Below are positions 40,801 through 54,222 of a DNA stretch of 64,000 nt, in pieces. The notes beneath the pieces were generated by a model. The model was not told the origin of the DNA. It saw only the letters and a program-made list of their open reading frames with translations, and did not search any database. The translations under genes and the position numbers were made by a program. The stretch's first letter is position 1, and the number at the start of each line of letters is the position of its first letter. The DNA lies in the NCBI GenBank assembly GCA_028023455.1, contig JAQFVV010000003.1:4588001-4652000 (forward strand), written 5' to 3'. Source of the DNA: Epiperipatus broadwayi (lineage: Eukaryota > Animalia > Onychophora).

Positions 40801-41399
40801 ACCCTTATCATTTGACTGATTTAACTCAAAATCTTTGTGACATTGTTTATTTAGTTTCTCAGAATTATTATTTTGAGTTGATGATATATCTTTATCAGAA
40901 CTGGACCTGATTTGTTGTCTTGATTTCATTTTTTTCTTGTTCTCCTTCTATGATATCTTTCTATTTTGCTTAGTTCATATAGGATTAGAGTCTTTATAGG
41001 CCCATACATTTTTGTCACCAGTGATTGTCACATCAGAATCTGATTCACTCTCACCACTGATCAATCCAGATCTATTTGTCTCATTCTCAGTCAATTTATG
41101 ACGTTAATTTTGAGCTTCTCCACTAGTGAGGTGTTGTAGCTCAGTGGTATTTGAGGTGTTAGCTTAATTAGGGGGTTGTGGGACTAACACTTTTAAACAT
41201 TTTTACTTTCATTTTGTACATTACTTAGTTTTGACCATTTCTTAGATGAATATTACTTAAAACACTTGTATCGATAAATCGAATATTGGATTAATTATAC
41301 TACATTAATTAAAATAATTACTTTATTTATTTATTTGAAACTTAAGAATTTAAACTATCTACATTTATAACACTTGTTACAAAAAAGACATCCTCTGGG

Positions 41400-41730
41400 T
41401 TCAAAAGTTCGAATTACACGCCCATGTGTATAGTTTTATAGTTGCAAAAAATGGCAGATAGACCTGATACATCTTTAGTTCCAGATGATCAAATTTTGAT
41501 TGTTGTTGCTATTCTGGCAGAAGACTGGAATATGTATCAGTTGTAGAATGCCCTTTTATATTGAAAATATGTGGATGAAAACAAAGAATAAGCTGAAATT
41601 TCAATCTGGTACCAGCAGAGCTTTGTTTTCATCATACCTGCAAGAATTTGCCTTCCGAAGTAGACATAACACTACCACTTTTTTCTCCAACTTCCTAGTC
41701 TGTATAGAACACAATTATGCTTAAAAAGGT
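41400..41730 (+). mobile_element. Merlin transposase C-terminal relic
   Basis: IENMWMKTKNKLKFQSGTSRALFSSYLQEFAFRSRH..., nucleotide-similar to the 38.0-38.1 kb transposase; paired ends not identified. Confidence 0.7.
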
Positions 41731-42476
41731 AAATATTTTTTTATTATCTTTTACATTTAAAGAAATTTTAATCTAATTCTAATATAGTTACAAATCGAAA
41801 ATAATAGGTCTAGTAATGTAAGTTTTTTTATAGCAGATACATAAGATTTTCAAACTATTTTTATTATGAATATGTTTCTTTTTTTTTCAGTTGCTAATTT
41901 TAAAAAATATAGGGCAAACATGATGTGGCCACTAAAGTAAACCTTTACCAATATGAATATTAATCATAATTTTGTAGTTTTGTTAAAACTATTTCGGAGT
42001 GTGGACCAAGTTTTCCACATTTTCATTTTCTATCATGAAAGAAAAACTGTTTATTGTATGAAAAAAAATTTAAAATATTCCCCAAAAAACTGTTATTTAA
42101 TTATGAAAAATAAATTAAATAAGTGAAAGTTGTAAATGAAATCGTAAAATTTATTGTAGTAATACTGTCAAAGATAAAGTTTATTTACACTCTAAGAAAA
42201 TACAGAAGGTTAGTCCATATTCTAGGTCTCATTGGACTAATCATATATGACAGGTCAGAAATTACAAACAATAAATGGATAAAGATTATAAATACAATCA
42301 AAGGAATGAAAGGTTTACACTAAATACAATATGACTATTGAACTAGCCAGGAATGAAAAGGTTTACACTAAATACAATTTGACTATTGAACTAACCAGGA
42401 TTCCGATTACATTATACAAAGTCTGATAACACAATGCTGGGTCATAGGTAAATCATTTGAGCAAATATGAAGTAAA

Positions 42477-42648
42477 CAGGAAAACAAATATAAGTGAGTG
42501 ACATTATAAATACTTTGCAAGTGTCAAATAGTTTTAAAAGCAGGAGGAAAATCTGGAGTAAACAGAAAACAAATATAAGTGAGTGACATTATAAATACTT
42601 TGCAAGTGTCAAATAGTTTTAAAAGCAGGAGGAAAATCTGGAGTAACA
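42477..42648 (+). repeat. ~85-bp tandem duplication (a ~47-bp tandem duplication also lies at ~42302-42398)
   Basis: GTAAACAG(G)AAAACAAATATAAGTGAGTGAC...GAAAATCTGGA twice. Confidence 0.85.
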
Positions 42649-42859
42649 ATGCCAGATAAACCAGTCAGTGACAAGTAACATTACAATATAGGATAACATA
42701 ATATATATAGTAAAAAGAACTAACAATATTGAACTCTAATGAATTGACATATAAATTGTTGGACCCTGAGTAAGGAGTGGTTAAATAAAAATTTCAAAAT
42801 ACACAGAGAATTAGACATAGTATACATATGGCAGTATTAGGGACAACAATCTAATTAGT

Positions 42860-44090
42860 AATAAAACCATTCATTGTACTAAAAAAGGCAAGGCCTTGAT
42901 AGTCTGGCAAGACCAAGTCCATATCAACTGCATGTCATGAGGAGTTATGAAACTTGGAGGCAAAGACAATTTTAAAACCTTGCTGAGGTCCAATTTTGAT
43001 CTGCTAGTGATGACATACAGCTCTTTTGTCTTTATCCATAGACTTACGAAACAGCGTGAGAAATAAAACATTTATGGAACAGTCTAAATTCATTTCAAAA
43101 ATGACTTGGCACCTGATATTCCACATGACAAAGTTAATATGTGTGACCAATTGGATAGAACCAAATATACTCTTTTTAAAGATGGCAGTGAGATGCACTT
43201 AGGACCAGATCTGGTCTTATCATTTTTAGTTGAGCTAGGTTACAAAGAGAAGTCCACACCTCACATTGACCAAGAATGTGATCCATGGACTCATCATACT
43301 TTTTGCATAAGGGGTAAATGGTAGTGGATTTTGTATCCCCTCTGATAGCAAAGGGAACATAGTGGTGGGCAAGGCTCTGAGGTTGACCTTCAAAAGAAAG
43401 TCCACAAATGTCTGTTCTATCTTCAGGAACTTAGTCAACTTCATTAGATGAGGAATCCCAACTGGAAATAAATTTTGGGTCTTGGACTTTCCAACATTGG
43501 ACAACTGGCATGATTCCCAATAGCTTATCTTTTCCTGGAATGTTGAACCAGAGGGTTTGATTGTATTGAGCACCATCATAAGTTGTAGTTGAATCCAAAG
43601 ATTTTTTTCCCTAGGAGGGTGCCTATCTATGGGCTTGACCTTTTCTAGGAGAAGAGGGCTTTCCATGTTTATATTTTCTTTTAAAAATCTTTACTAGAAT
43701 GATATATGAGCACTATATAAGGAATACCTTGATAGAATGAAGCCCTAATCCATTTAGAGATATGGACTTTTGGAGCAGGTTGAGGCTGGTGACAGGAGCT
43801 CTCCCCCAGCACAACTTTCTGCACAAGGTTTCAATCTTCCTGATGAAAATGTTTGTAGAGAAAAAGCCAGCCAGATAATACATTGTTTTTGGTAGAACAA
43901 TTGCATTCAGAAGTGTGACCTTTCCCAACAGCAAAAGGTAGATCTTGGAAAGGGAGTTGATTGTGCTTTCAATTTTGTATAGCAGGGAGTAATCTAAAGT
44001 TTCTTTCATAACAGATGGGGAGAGGCAAGATGGAAGCCAAGGAACTTCTGAGCCATAAATCTACCTGAGATTTTCTTCCCCATCAAGATG
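42860..44090 (-). mobile_element. 5'-truncated L1/Tx1-clade LINE fragment (post-RT region and Zn knuckle)
   Basis: LLLLGKVTLLNAIVLPKTMYY...NGLGL and FLLKVNLRALPTT...GIQ followed by the C-x2-C...ESMDHILGQC motif across frameshifts. Confidence 0.8.
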
Positions 44091-47000
44091 GAAAAAATTA
44101 TTGTAGTAATAAATGCTGATCTGGATATATCTGAATGAGATTGCCAAATTTACAATACCATAGAATGACTGAGTTCCTTGAAGTTCTGTTAAACTTATGA
44201 GTAATTTTGATAATCGATTTTACATTGTGATTTTGTTTTTAATATTGAATGCTTCACAAAGAAAATATGTGTAAACCATGGAGGATCCTAATGAATAGTG
44301 CAGCTGCTTCATAAAATATGTTTTCTAATTTTAAAAATGCTATTAAACAATCGTGCAATTTTGAATAATCTCGAATCAAGGAATTATGACCATTTGTGTG
44401 TTTTCGTGTTTATATACTATCATGTGTTTGCATCTATAATATGTATGGATTAGCTTTAAATGATTGTAAGGATGATGATGATCATGCTAAATTGTAAGCA
44501 TTGGGACTGTGCTAAAGACTTTTAAGTATAATTTTTCTCTTTATTTTATTATTCATTGATTTATTATGTGTATTGAAAGCCTATTTTATTTTAGTGTTTA
44601 TTATTTAAAATATATTACTGAATATACCCGGTATTAAATTTAAGTTATAGTAGGGTAAAAGGTGCCTTTTTTATATATCATAGTACAATAACTTGTCTAT
44701 ATGAAAGTTAGAAATGTTTTCATGAGAGGTTCATGGATATATAATTTTTTTTATGCTTACAGGTAAACATTGATGTTATTAATGCTTTATTGTATTACTT
44801 ATGTAGTCTTAAGGGTTATGTTTTGATCTATTGTGTCAGCCACTGGATGGCACTATTTCTAGCTTAATTTCTAGAAATATGCAGTTTCTGTGGCTTCACC
44901 CAAGCATTTAAACCTTCTATTTTACAATAAATCCTAGAAAGAGTGTTAACTCGGAGTTAAGCCTTCTTTCTATGATAAAACCTAGAAAGAGTGTTAACTC
45001 AGCTGCTGGCTAACATTGTGGATTTTTCCTATGCTAAAGCAGAGGAAAATGCTGTAGTTGTTTGTGTTACACACTATATCATAATGCTGTGTTATGTATT
45101 TTATATAACAGTATTGTATGAGGGTATGTTAAGTTGGTCATGTCAAAATTATTTAAATTTTCATTGGGACCTTTTTTTCATATGAATTGATGTACTGTTA
45201 CTTTTAACAGTTTTAACAGTGTCGTGATTGTTCCTCATAAAGCTGTAAGCCTCCTAAATTCTCTATTAGGGTGGGGTAGCACAATATTTTGATGATCATG
45301 CTTTAAGTCACGTTTTAGCGAGTAATTTTCCGAGACCAAGAATATGGCTAATTCGAACACAGAAAACTTGAAAATATGGGAATTGCCAGACATGGAAGTC
45401 AGTGCTGTAACATTTCTACAGCAGAAAAACATCCTGCTAAAGAAAAGAGATGTTTATGCGGTGAATATATGCGACTTGAGGTCCATAAGCATCTTTGGAC
45501 TTTCATTTGTAAGTCTCGTTCTTGCCGACAAAAATGTTCACTTCGTAAAGGCAGCTTGTTTGAGGGATTCCAAATGGCCTTTGTCAAATGTAAAATAAAA
45601 GTAACTTAAATTTTTATTTAAACATACACCCCTTCTCCCAATAATTGTTGTCAATCAAATGTAAAATAAAAGTAACGTAAATTATTATTTAAACATACAC
45701 AAAAACAACCCACCCCTCCTACTAATTATTGTCAATCAAATGTAAACCAATAAAAGTAACCTAAATTATTATTTAAACATAACCCAAATTACTATTTGAA
45801 CATACACCAAAAAAGACCCTCTTGTCAATAAAAATTAAAAAGCAACTATTATTGTCCCATTGTCAAAAATATTATTTGGGAAAAATAATTTATAAACGAA
45901 AGAAAGTAAAATTGGTTGTCAATCAAATGTAAAATAAAAGTAACTTAAATTTTTATTTAAACATACACAAAAAAACCCCTTCTCCCAATAATTGTTGTCA
46001 ATCAAATGTAAAATAAAAGTAATGTAAATTATTATTTAATCATACACAAAAACACCCCTCCCACTAATTATTGTCAATCAAATGTAAACCAATAAAAGTA
46101 AGGTAAATTATTATTTAAACATAACCCAAATTACTATTTGAACATACACCAAAAAAGACCCTCTTGTCAATAAAAATTAAGAAACAACTATTATTGTCCC
46201 ATTGTCAAAAATATTATTTGGGAAAAATAATTTATAAATGAAAGAAAGTAAAATTGGTTGTTGTCAATCAAATGTAAAATAAAAGTAACTTAAATTTTTA
46301 TTTAAACATACACACAAAAAAACCCCTTCTCCCAATAATTGTTGTTGTCAATCAAATGTAAAATAAAAGTAACATAAATTATTATTTAATCATACACAAA
46401 AACACCCCTCCCACTAATTGTTGTCAATCAAATGTAAACCAATAAAAGTAACGTAAATTATTATTTAAAGATACATAAAAAAAAACCCGTTCTCTCTTGA
46501 ATTTTGTCAATCAAATTTTAAAAAACAGTAATACTATTTAAAAAACCCAAATTACTATTTGAATATACACCAAAAAAGACCCTCTTGTCAATAAAAATTA
46601 AAAAACAACTATTATTGTCCCATTGTCAAAAATATTATTTGGGAAAAATAATTTATAAACAAAATAAAGTAAAATTTGTAAACAAAAAAAAAAGAAGCCA
46701 ATAGAAAATCGCTAGCCCGGGAACATTATAATAATGTGTTTTTGGTTAGCATCAACACCATCAAGTGGCTGACATGATAAATCAGAACACAACCATCTTA
46801 AGATTTTGATATTGTTATGTCTGGATTATGAGAGATTTAAGTATAATTGATATATGTTGAAAAGTGATACACATTTTTTATTTCAATTATTTAAGGCTTA
46901 GATAATTTTTTTTATTCTAGTTGTATTAGACTATTACTGCATTATCGGTTTTATACATCAATATAGTATTTAGTGAGAGTTCAAACCTTGTTTTCTAGAT

Positions 47001-49335
47001 TAAGTAATGTTTGTGAACAATGTTTGTTCAAGATATACTAAGGTATCACTGCCTTAAGAATTGAGGTTGAGCGTAGCTCTCTCATGATAATGAGTATTAA
47101 GTATTTTAATAATGTATTAGGAGATCAAGGGTGGATCCCCAGCTCCATTGTCAATATGCTCCATAAGAGATGTGTTCTAAGTTATAGTTGTAATAGTGAT
47201 TGATGTATGCCTGTATTTATATGTGTAGTGACTGAGTCCTAACATATCCTATAGCCCTCGTAGAATAGGAGCACCCCGGGTTCATGCCATCACAGATGCG
47301 TTGCTTTGTGGCTTTATTTTCCTTACAGATATATGTTTTGTAGCCATATCTTTATGTAAGGATTTTTTAATTTAATGGTTAGTCATTATGTAAATCCTAT
47401 GGAAGTATATTACCTACTTCAGGGCACTTTTGATTTAAGTGAGAATTGAGAATTGATGTATAATGCCTTGGCTGAGCTTTGCTCACCATCATTTATAAGA
47501 TGGATAATCATTCAAAATTTAATGTTAAAAACCTAATTAAGCAGTGGCTTCACAAACAGTTAGTAATGGAAGCACCCCACTGGAGTGGTAAGGTTAATGT
47601 TTTATTACTCATGTTGGGACATAGAAAGCATTCAGGGTATATAAGTGCATAATTGTGACCTTTAGAACAATTAGTTACTTTAGAATTAAAAATTTAAGAT
47701 ATCATATGAATAGATAAGCTTCAATTTAAGAGTAACTAAAGGTTGTAAGTTTAAACCTGAGTGGTTAGTTAGATTGGTGTTACTGGTTAGTTAGATTGGT
47801 GTTACTGATAAAGATTAATAAAACACTGTATAATATCTGGTTTGTAAAGTCAATAGCATCAAAAAGCATATATTTCTTTTGATAAGTAGAATCAATTAAA
47901 AGTTACTTTATAATTTGCTTATTTTAAAGGCTGTTATTGTAAATAGTTATTTAGGTTTGTCTCCCAAGGAAATGTTTCTAAACAAGCAAAATATAACTGG
48001 TTGAGGTTTTTTTTAAATTTATTTTGTCCATGCAAAACTATGGCTGATAGAGGCATGCCATGCAGAAATGTCTTATTAAGCACAAAAGAGGGATCGTATT
48101 CTGTGTAGCGGTTGTAAATCCACTGTTAATATTTTGTTTATTAATCGGATTGCTACGATGCTATGTTAAATTAAAATTTTGTAGTTTATATCTTGATTTG
48201 TTAATAAATGTTATGTGTTAATTAAAATTTGTGTTGTGTCTTAATATTTTGTTACCCACGAAATCCAGAAATCTTAATCATATGCAATTTTGAATAAATG
48301 TTTAATGCTTATTCTGGTACAGACACATTGCAAAAATTAGATTATTAAATTGAGATTTTCTCCTGAAATCCTAAATTTGCTTTAAAGAAACATTCATAAC
48401 TTGCTTTAAAATTATTATGGTTTCACTGCACACATCTGGAAGGAGATTTACTTTTAAATTAATAATTATTTTTATTTTCATAAATTTATTGTTATTGTGT
48501 TGTGATTAATATCTTGAGTGGACATAAAATCCCTTTTCCCCACTCATGGTATTTGAATGGGCTCCCAGTCGATAGTAATCTAGTTCAAAATTTAAAGTTG
48601 GTAGAATATTCTATTTTAAGTAACTGTTTAATAATTTATAAGATTTTATTATTATTATTGGTTGATGAAAAGTAGACATTAACTCAGAGATTAAGCTATG
48701 TCTACTTAAATTATAATCGCTGGGATAACATTGATTGGTCAACAATAAATCTGTAAATCACCAATAAAAATTTTACATTCCTTATTTGAACCCTGAGACT
48801 ATAATTTTCCAATTTTGAAATAAGAGCTCATGAACTTATTGTTATAAAATTAATGTGGTATTATAAATTAATTAAATCGATAAGACTGTTTATTCAGTGC
48901 ATATCTGATCGTAAAACTACAATAGTGTGGAGAAGTTAAAGATAGCAAAATTTAGTGGAAGAGAAGAATGTAGATTGGTTATTGTCGGAAATAAATTAAT
49001 TGTAACTATGATGTTAGTGATTTATGTGGGGAATACCGAGATCATTAAAGTGCTATGAATGTGAATGGAAGTTTCTCCTCCTCTCTTAGATTATTGGTAA
49101 TATTTTATAATGTTTATTATTAGTATAATTCTCGGTCGCGGCATGAGTTACCAAAGCAATTATAGAACCTAAGCATGAGCGAAAAAGAATTGGTATTGTA
49201 ATTAATATCCTTGTGAGATATAAAACAGCTGTGTTTGATTCCTGTGACAGAATATTTACAAATACATAATAGCCAAGTCAGTCCATTCCCTATTGTGTAT
49301 TACAATTTGGCTGGTTTGATTTAAGAAACCATTTA
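44090..49335 (-). repeat. Right arm of the inverted duplication (interrupted by Merlin 44814-46794)
   Basis: For example 49080-49330 mirrors 30950-31240, and 44095-44520 mirrors 38885-39345. Confidence 0.85.
44814..46794 (+). mobile_element. Merlin element with transposase N-terminal Zn-finger fragment and internal minisatellite
   Basis: TIRs GGTT(A/G)TGTT..GCCACT(G/T)GATGG; TSD GTCTTAAG/ATCTTAAG; empty site at 36394-401. Frameshifted LPDMEVSAVTFLQQKNILL / CLCGEYMRL...WTFICKSRSCRQKCSLRKGSLFE at 45344-45600; ~70-80 bp tandem units at 45590-46690. Confidence 0.82.
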
Positions 49336-51272
49336 ATTTAAAAAAACTTTACAAAATTGTGGAATAGAATATTTTATTAAAAATAAAACTAATTTTTTTT
49401 TTTTTTTATAAAAATAAAAAAAAAGATATCTCAAAAAAATTTTTTATATCACACAACCACTAAAAAAAAAATTATGTTTTTCTTTTTAATTAATTAATAT
49501 ATTTAATTCAAATAAATGAAATTTAGATAACCAGTTGGAAATTATCTGCTAAAGCAAAACTATTCTATTTGTTTTCCAATAATTCTTTATTTGATTTTCC
49601 CTCAAAATTTTCTGGCTTTATTTTTTTGAGTCTGCTTAATGTTGCTCTATTGTTTGACTACTAATTTATGTGTGCCTACTGTATAGCTTTATAAAATTAC
49701 TATTTCAATATATATTCTGATACCTTTAAAAAAGAGATAAGTTAATGCCATATTTTTATACTGTTTTATAAGTTTAAAATAATTATATTAGTTTTTCTTT
49801 TGCTTATTTAAAAAGAAAGGGGGTAATTTGCATTGTACATAGCCAATAGTCAATTAAAATTTAATACTGCCATTGCAAGTATTAAATGAAAGAGCAAAAC
49901 ATATGTGATACATATAAATGCTACCATAACAAATACAATAACGTTTGGAAAAAAGTAGACGTCAAAATTAGTGAAACTATACAGGAAAATAAAGGATGAT
50001 TTTTAAATTTTAACTATCTTTATAAAATATTATATAATAGTTTTTAACTCATGTTTAACATTTATAACTTAATTTATTTAGGATTTTAATGAACAAAAAA
50101 TAATTGAAAAAATATTTTTGATAAGTGGAATCAATGTAAACATTAACAACAAAAATTAAAATATTTATAAGAGCAAATATAATTCAGAAGAAATTAAATT
50201 AGTGATTAGAGCAAATGCAATCCCATAGTAAATTAATTTACAAATTACTCAAGCACAGTAATACAATAAGAAATTAAGTAATTCATAAGGAATTAATTGA
50301 CAACTCAAAATCTTTAAAAATTTAAATTCCACAAAGTAGAGATCCTAAATAATGTATATGGCAAAAAGTATACCAAGGCAAAAATATACATTTATTTCAA
50401 ACTGTGAGTATGCCATAAATTTCACTAAAACATAAAAATAATGTAATTTATTTAGAAAACAAACTTGAAATTAATATTTTTAGTGAACAAAAAATGATTA
50501 AGAAGTGAATATTTTCAATAAATATGATCAATAAATATATTTGGGAAGAAATTAAATTAAAGATAAAGACAAACAATTTTGAAAAAATTAAATTAGTGAT
50601 GAGGGCAAATACAATTCCATAATAAACTGAATTACAAATCAAAGAAGCAAATCAATAAACAAAAAATAAGCCATGTGATCTATAAGAAAGTAATTAAGAA
50701 ATATTTTAATGTTGTTTTTCTCAAACATATTATTGTCATTATCTTCTTGCCTGTTTTGTATACGAAAAGTGGCACCACTAATGAATAGTACATACATGCA
50801 ACTAGCAATAAATTTATTTTAAAAATAAAGTTTTATATTTATTAATTGGAAGAAATCTCATTACTGATCTTGATTTGTCAAAAGGAAATAAAACTGCTAT
50901 AGCAAAAAAACATAACAAACAAACATGTCTACAAATCATGAACAAAAATTGAAAACCAAAGACATCAAGTACAAAAACAAATTATATATACTGCATTCAT
51001 TTACTATCTGCCACAAAGTTGAAAAAACATATGCATTAACAAAACATTCATTAAGAGGAGTCTTAGCATTTGAAAAACAAATGTTGTAGAAAGTTATTGA
51101 GAATTAAATTAATTCAAAAAACTTCATGTGAAGATGTGTTTAAATAAGTGAATTGGAAAGTTAAAAAAAGTTATAAGAAAGTTACCAGTTGTTTATCTAT
51201 ATATGCCAAAGAAATGAAGATGCAAACATAAATCTCTAATTTCATCTATAACATAAGGCACAAACAAAAAAG

Positions 51273-53051
51273 GGTATTTATTCTTTAGCCATGCCCACCA
51301 TTTGAAGGCGTTATTTATGTGTAAAATCACATAAAAATGCCATTTAAGCAGCCACAGGACATATGTTACATCTAATACACCCTGTACATTGTATTAGACA
51401 TTGCACATAAATATTATGACCTGCTTTGTGCTTCACAACTTTATGCAAATTCTCACACAAACTTTTTCTTCTGTCTTATATGAGGGTGTGTATATGTCAA
51501 CTGTTTTAAATTTTTTACTTTGAAATGTTTTTTTTTGGTAAATGGAAATCACACAATTTGACTAAAATGAAATTGTCACAAAGTTCAATTCATCCTGGAG
51601 ACAAATTTAAAGGTGACAGAAGTAGTCCAAACATACAAACGAACTGAATTCTGAGGTCATGTATCAAGTAACATCTTGTTGAGACAAATAAAATGGCACA
51701 TTTTAGCAAACATATCATCTGCTTGAAAGATTTGCCATCAACAGAATTTGAAGCTGTAGCATTTCTGCAAGTGAAAAATATTCTAATAAATGAGAAGACC
51801 TGCATTTGTGGATCATTGATGAGAATTTATAATACAATACAACAAGTCAGTTCAGATGATCATCATGTTCATGCGATTGAAGGTATTCTGTGAAGAATGG
51901 GAGTTGGTTTGGCAGCTCGAGAATTCCATTGTTTAAAGTGCTTCATGTTATCTATTACTGGAGCTGCAGTTGACAATAGAAGGCATCCACTCAGAGCTTG
52001 ATTTATCCAAGAATGTAAAAAAACAAAAAACACACCACTTTTCATTGCTGTTTTTGTGTTTAGATGTGTGTGTTTGTGTTATGAAAATCAATATTTTTTT
52101 TTTAATGGCTAAAGGATTCATACCAAATAATGATTTAAAAAAATAAACTAACCTTAAGACAAAAAACAGTTGATTTCATGTTTTGATTAATAAAAAAGAA
52201 AAACAATTTTCCAAAAAGCAAAATAGTTTTTATTGTTCTTTTTCTGTTTATATGTGCATGCATGTCTGGATTTTTTAAAAAAAAGGTTGACAATGTTTAT
52301 AAAAAAAGTTGAATCAAAAATTAACTGTAACAACATCCCCCCCCCCCCCCAAAGACCAAAAACAATTAAACTACCTTATCAAATTAAATCTGGCCCTGTA
52401 ATGTTACATTTTATGTATGTGTCTGTAATATAAAAAAAAAACTGACAATGTTTATAAAAAAAAAAAAAAAAGTTGAACCAAAAATTAACAATAACAACAT
52501 AAAAAAAAAACAACAACCCAAAAACAATTAAACTATCATATCAAATGAAATCAGACTCTATAATGTTACATTTTATGTGTGTGTCTGTATTATAAAAAAG
52601 TAAAAAGAAGGTTGACAATGTTTATAAAATTAAAAAAAAAGACCAAAAACAATTAAACTACCTAATCAAATTAAAGCCCGCCATATAAAGTGACATTTTA
52701 TGTGTGCGTCTGTATTATAAAAAAAAATAAAAAAGGTTGACAATGTAAGAAAAGTTGACCAAAAACTAACTGTAACAACATCAAAAAAAAAAAGAGACCA
52801 AAAACATTTAAACTACCTAATCAAATTAAAGCGAACTCTGTAAAGTTACATTTTATGTGTGTGTGTGTCTGTATTATAAAAAAAGTAAAAAAAGGTTGAC
52901 AATGTTTATAAAAAAAAAAAAAAGTTGACCAAAAAATAACCGTAACAACATCACACACACACACACACAAAAAAAAAAAAGATAAAAAAAAAATGTGATT
53001 TTGCAAAAAACAATGTCATCAAGCAACATGCACATCTAAAGGATTAATACC
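51273..53051 (+). mobile_element. Merlin element with transposase N-terminal fragment and tandem repeats
   Basis: GGTATT...AATACC imperfect TIRs; perfect 8-bp TSD CAAAAAAG (51265-72, 53052-59); LPSTEFEAVAFLQVKNILINEKTCICGSLMRI at 51693-51893; tandem units at ~52270-52990. Confidence 0.8.
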
Positions 53052-54023
53052 CAAAAAAGAAATTACAAAAAACTAAACAAATGATCTATTAAGTGTTTTT
53101 GCAAGGGATAGATATAACTGAAGAGAATTAGTAAAGAAGCCATCATATGCTTATTGATTCATGATGATGATGACTGCATTTAATAAATCATCTGTATTGC
53201 ATATGTATTTGCAATGTATATATTTGGCTTTAATTTGTTTCTCCTATGCAGACACTTTATTATTAAGTTTTATAATAACTTGCTACCATTTTCCTATATA
53301 TTATAATGTTATTTCTCTTCACTTCAGAAATCCTAATTTCAGTAAAATTAGTGAGCATAAGATTGGTAGAGAAGTCAAATCTCATCAACTGGTTTTTCAC
53401 TAAGCAGCAGATCAATCAACCATAGGACAGTTGTAGAAGACTTCAGACATTAATTTCATTGTAATCTAATGTCCACTAACATATTGTGTTTTTAAATAGT
53501 ATGTATGAAAGATGCATGTTACTAGTATGTGTGTGTATTACTTTCATTTACAAGTGTCAAACTTTAATGTATTGACAATTTTGTACTCAACTATCTCAGA
53601 TAAACACTTGATAATTACTACGAATTATTTATTACAGCAGAGTATATCCCTAACTTAGATATAAACTCTAAACCTAATAATGATTAATATTTATGTTTTA
53701 ATTGAACACTAGTTGAGTTATTTCATGGGTTTATATTTAACTAAAATAATCAAATAAATTAATGTTTAACAGGTGAAAAGTTTATATCTGGTCTATGGAT
53801 AATATCTAGTTTAATAAAATTAGTTATAGTTATTGCTGTATTTATTTAAAGCATAAGATATGAGTTCAGAAGATCTGACACTTGTAAATTAAAGCATAAT
53901 GATTTAATATTAATAAGTATTGAACAAATAGTGGAGATGTGTGTAAGAGATTGTGATCACGGTCAATTGGAGAGTATTGATTCAGCATGAATTGCAATTC
54001 TCACAGAATTACTTGTCTTTTTT

Positions 54024-54125
54024 CCATGTGTCATAGCATCGGCCGGGACGCAAACCCACAACCGTCTGCAACCAACTACTTGCTTGCATGACGGCTGCGA
54101 TACCTCTCGGCTAACAACGCAAGAC
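54024..54125 (-). mobile_element. Short tRNA-derived SINE, same family, younger (CpG-rich)
   Basis: Reverse complement aligns with 29432-29545; 14-bp TSD TACTTGTCTTTTTT (54010-23, 54126-39). Confidence 0.8.
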
Positions 54126-54222
54126 TACTTGTCTTTTTTAAAGATGTTTTTATTCGCATTTCAAAAATATGTAGTGGAGTGAAAATTTCAAATATATATG
54201 TATTTTTTTTTTTTGTTTGTAG

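Noticed and set aside
45590-46690. Repeat-spacer-like periodicity resembling CRISPR
   Set aside because: Whole units are homologous with no unique spacers; eukaryotic context inside a TIR element.
49800-51200. Hydrophobic minus-strand frames with an internal repeat (YGI[A/V]FALITNLI) suggesting a chemoreceptor pseudogene
   Set aside because: Many stops and no diagnostic motif; hydrophobicity is expected from T-rich sequence.
53180-53330. Minus-strand 'CIGET' resembling the GIY-YIG YIGET motif of Penelope endonucleases
   Set aside because: Stops in frame and wrong spacing to the upstream IY; not supportable without a profile search.
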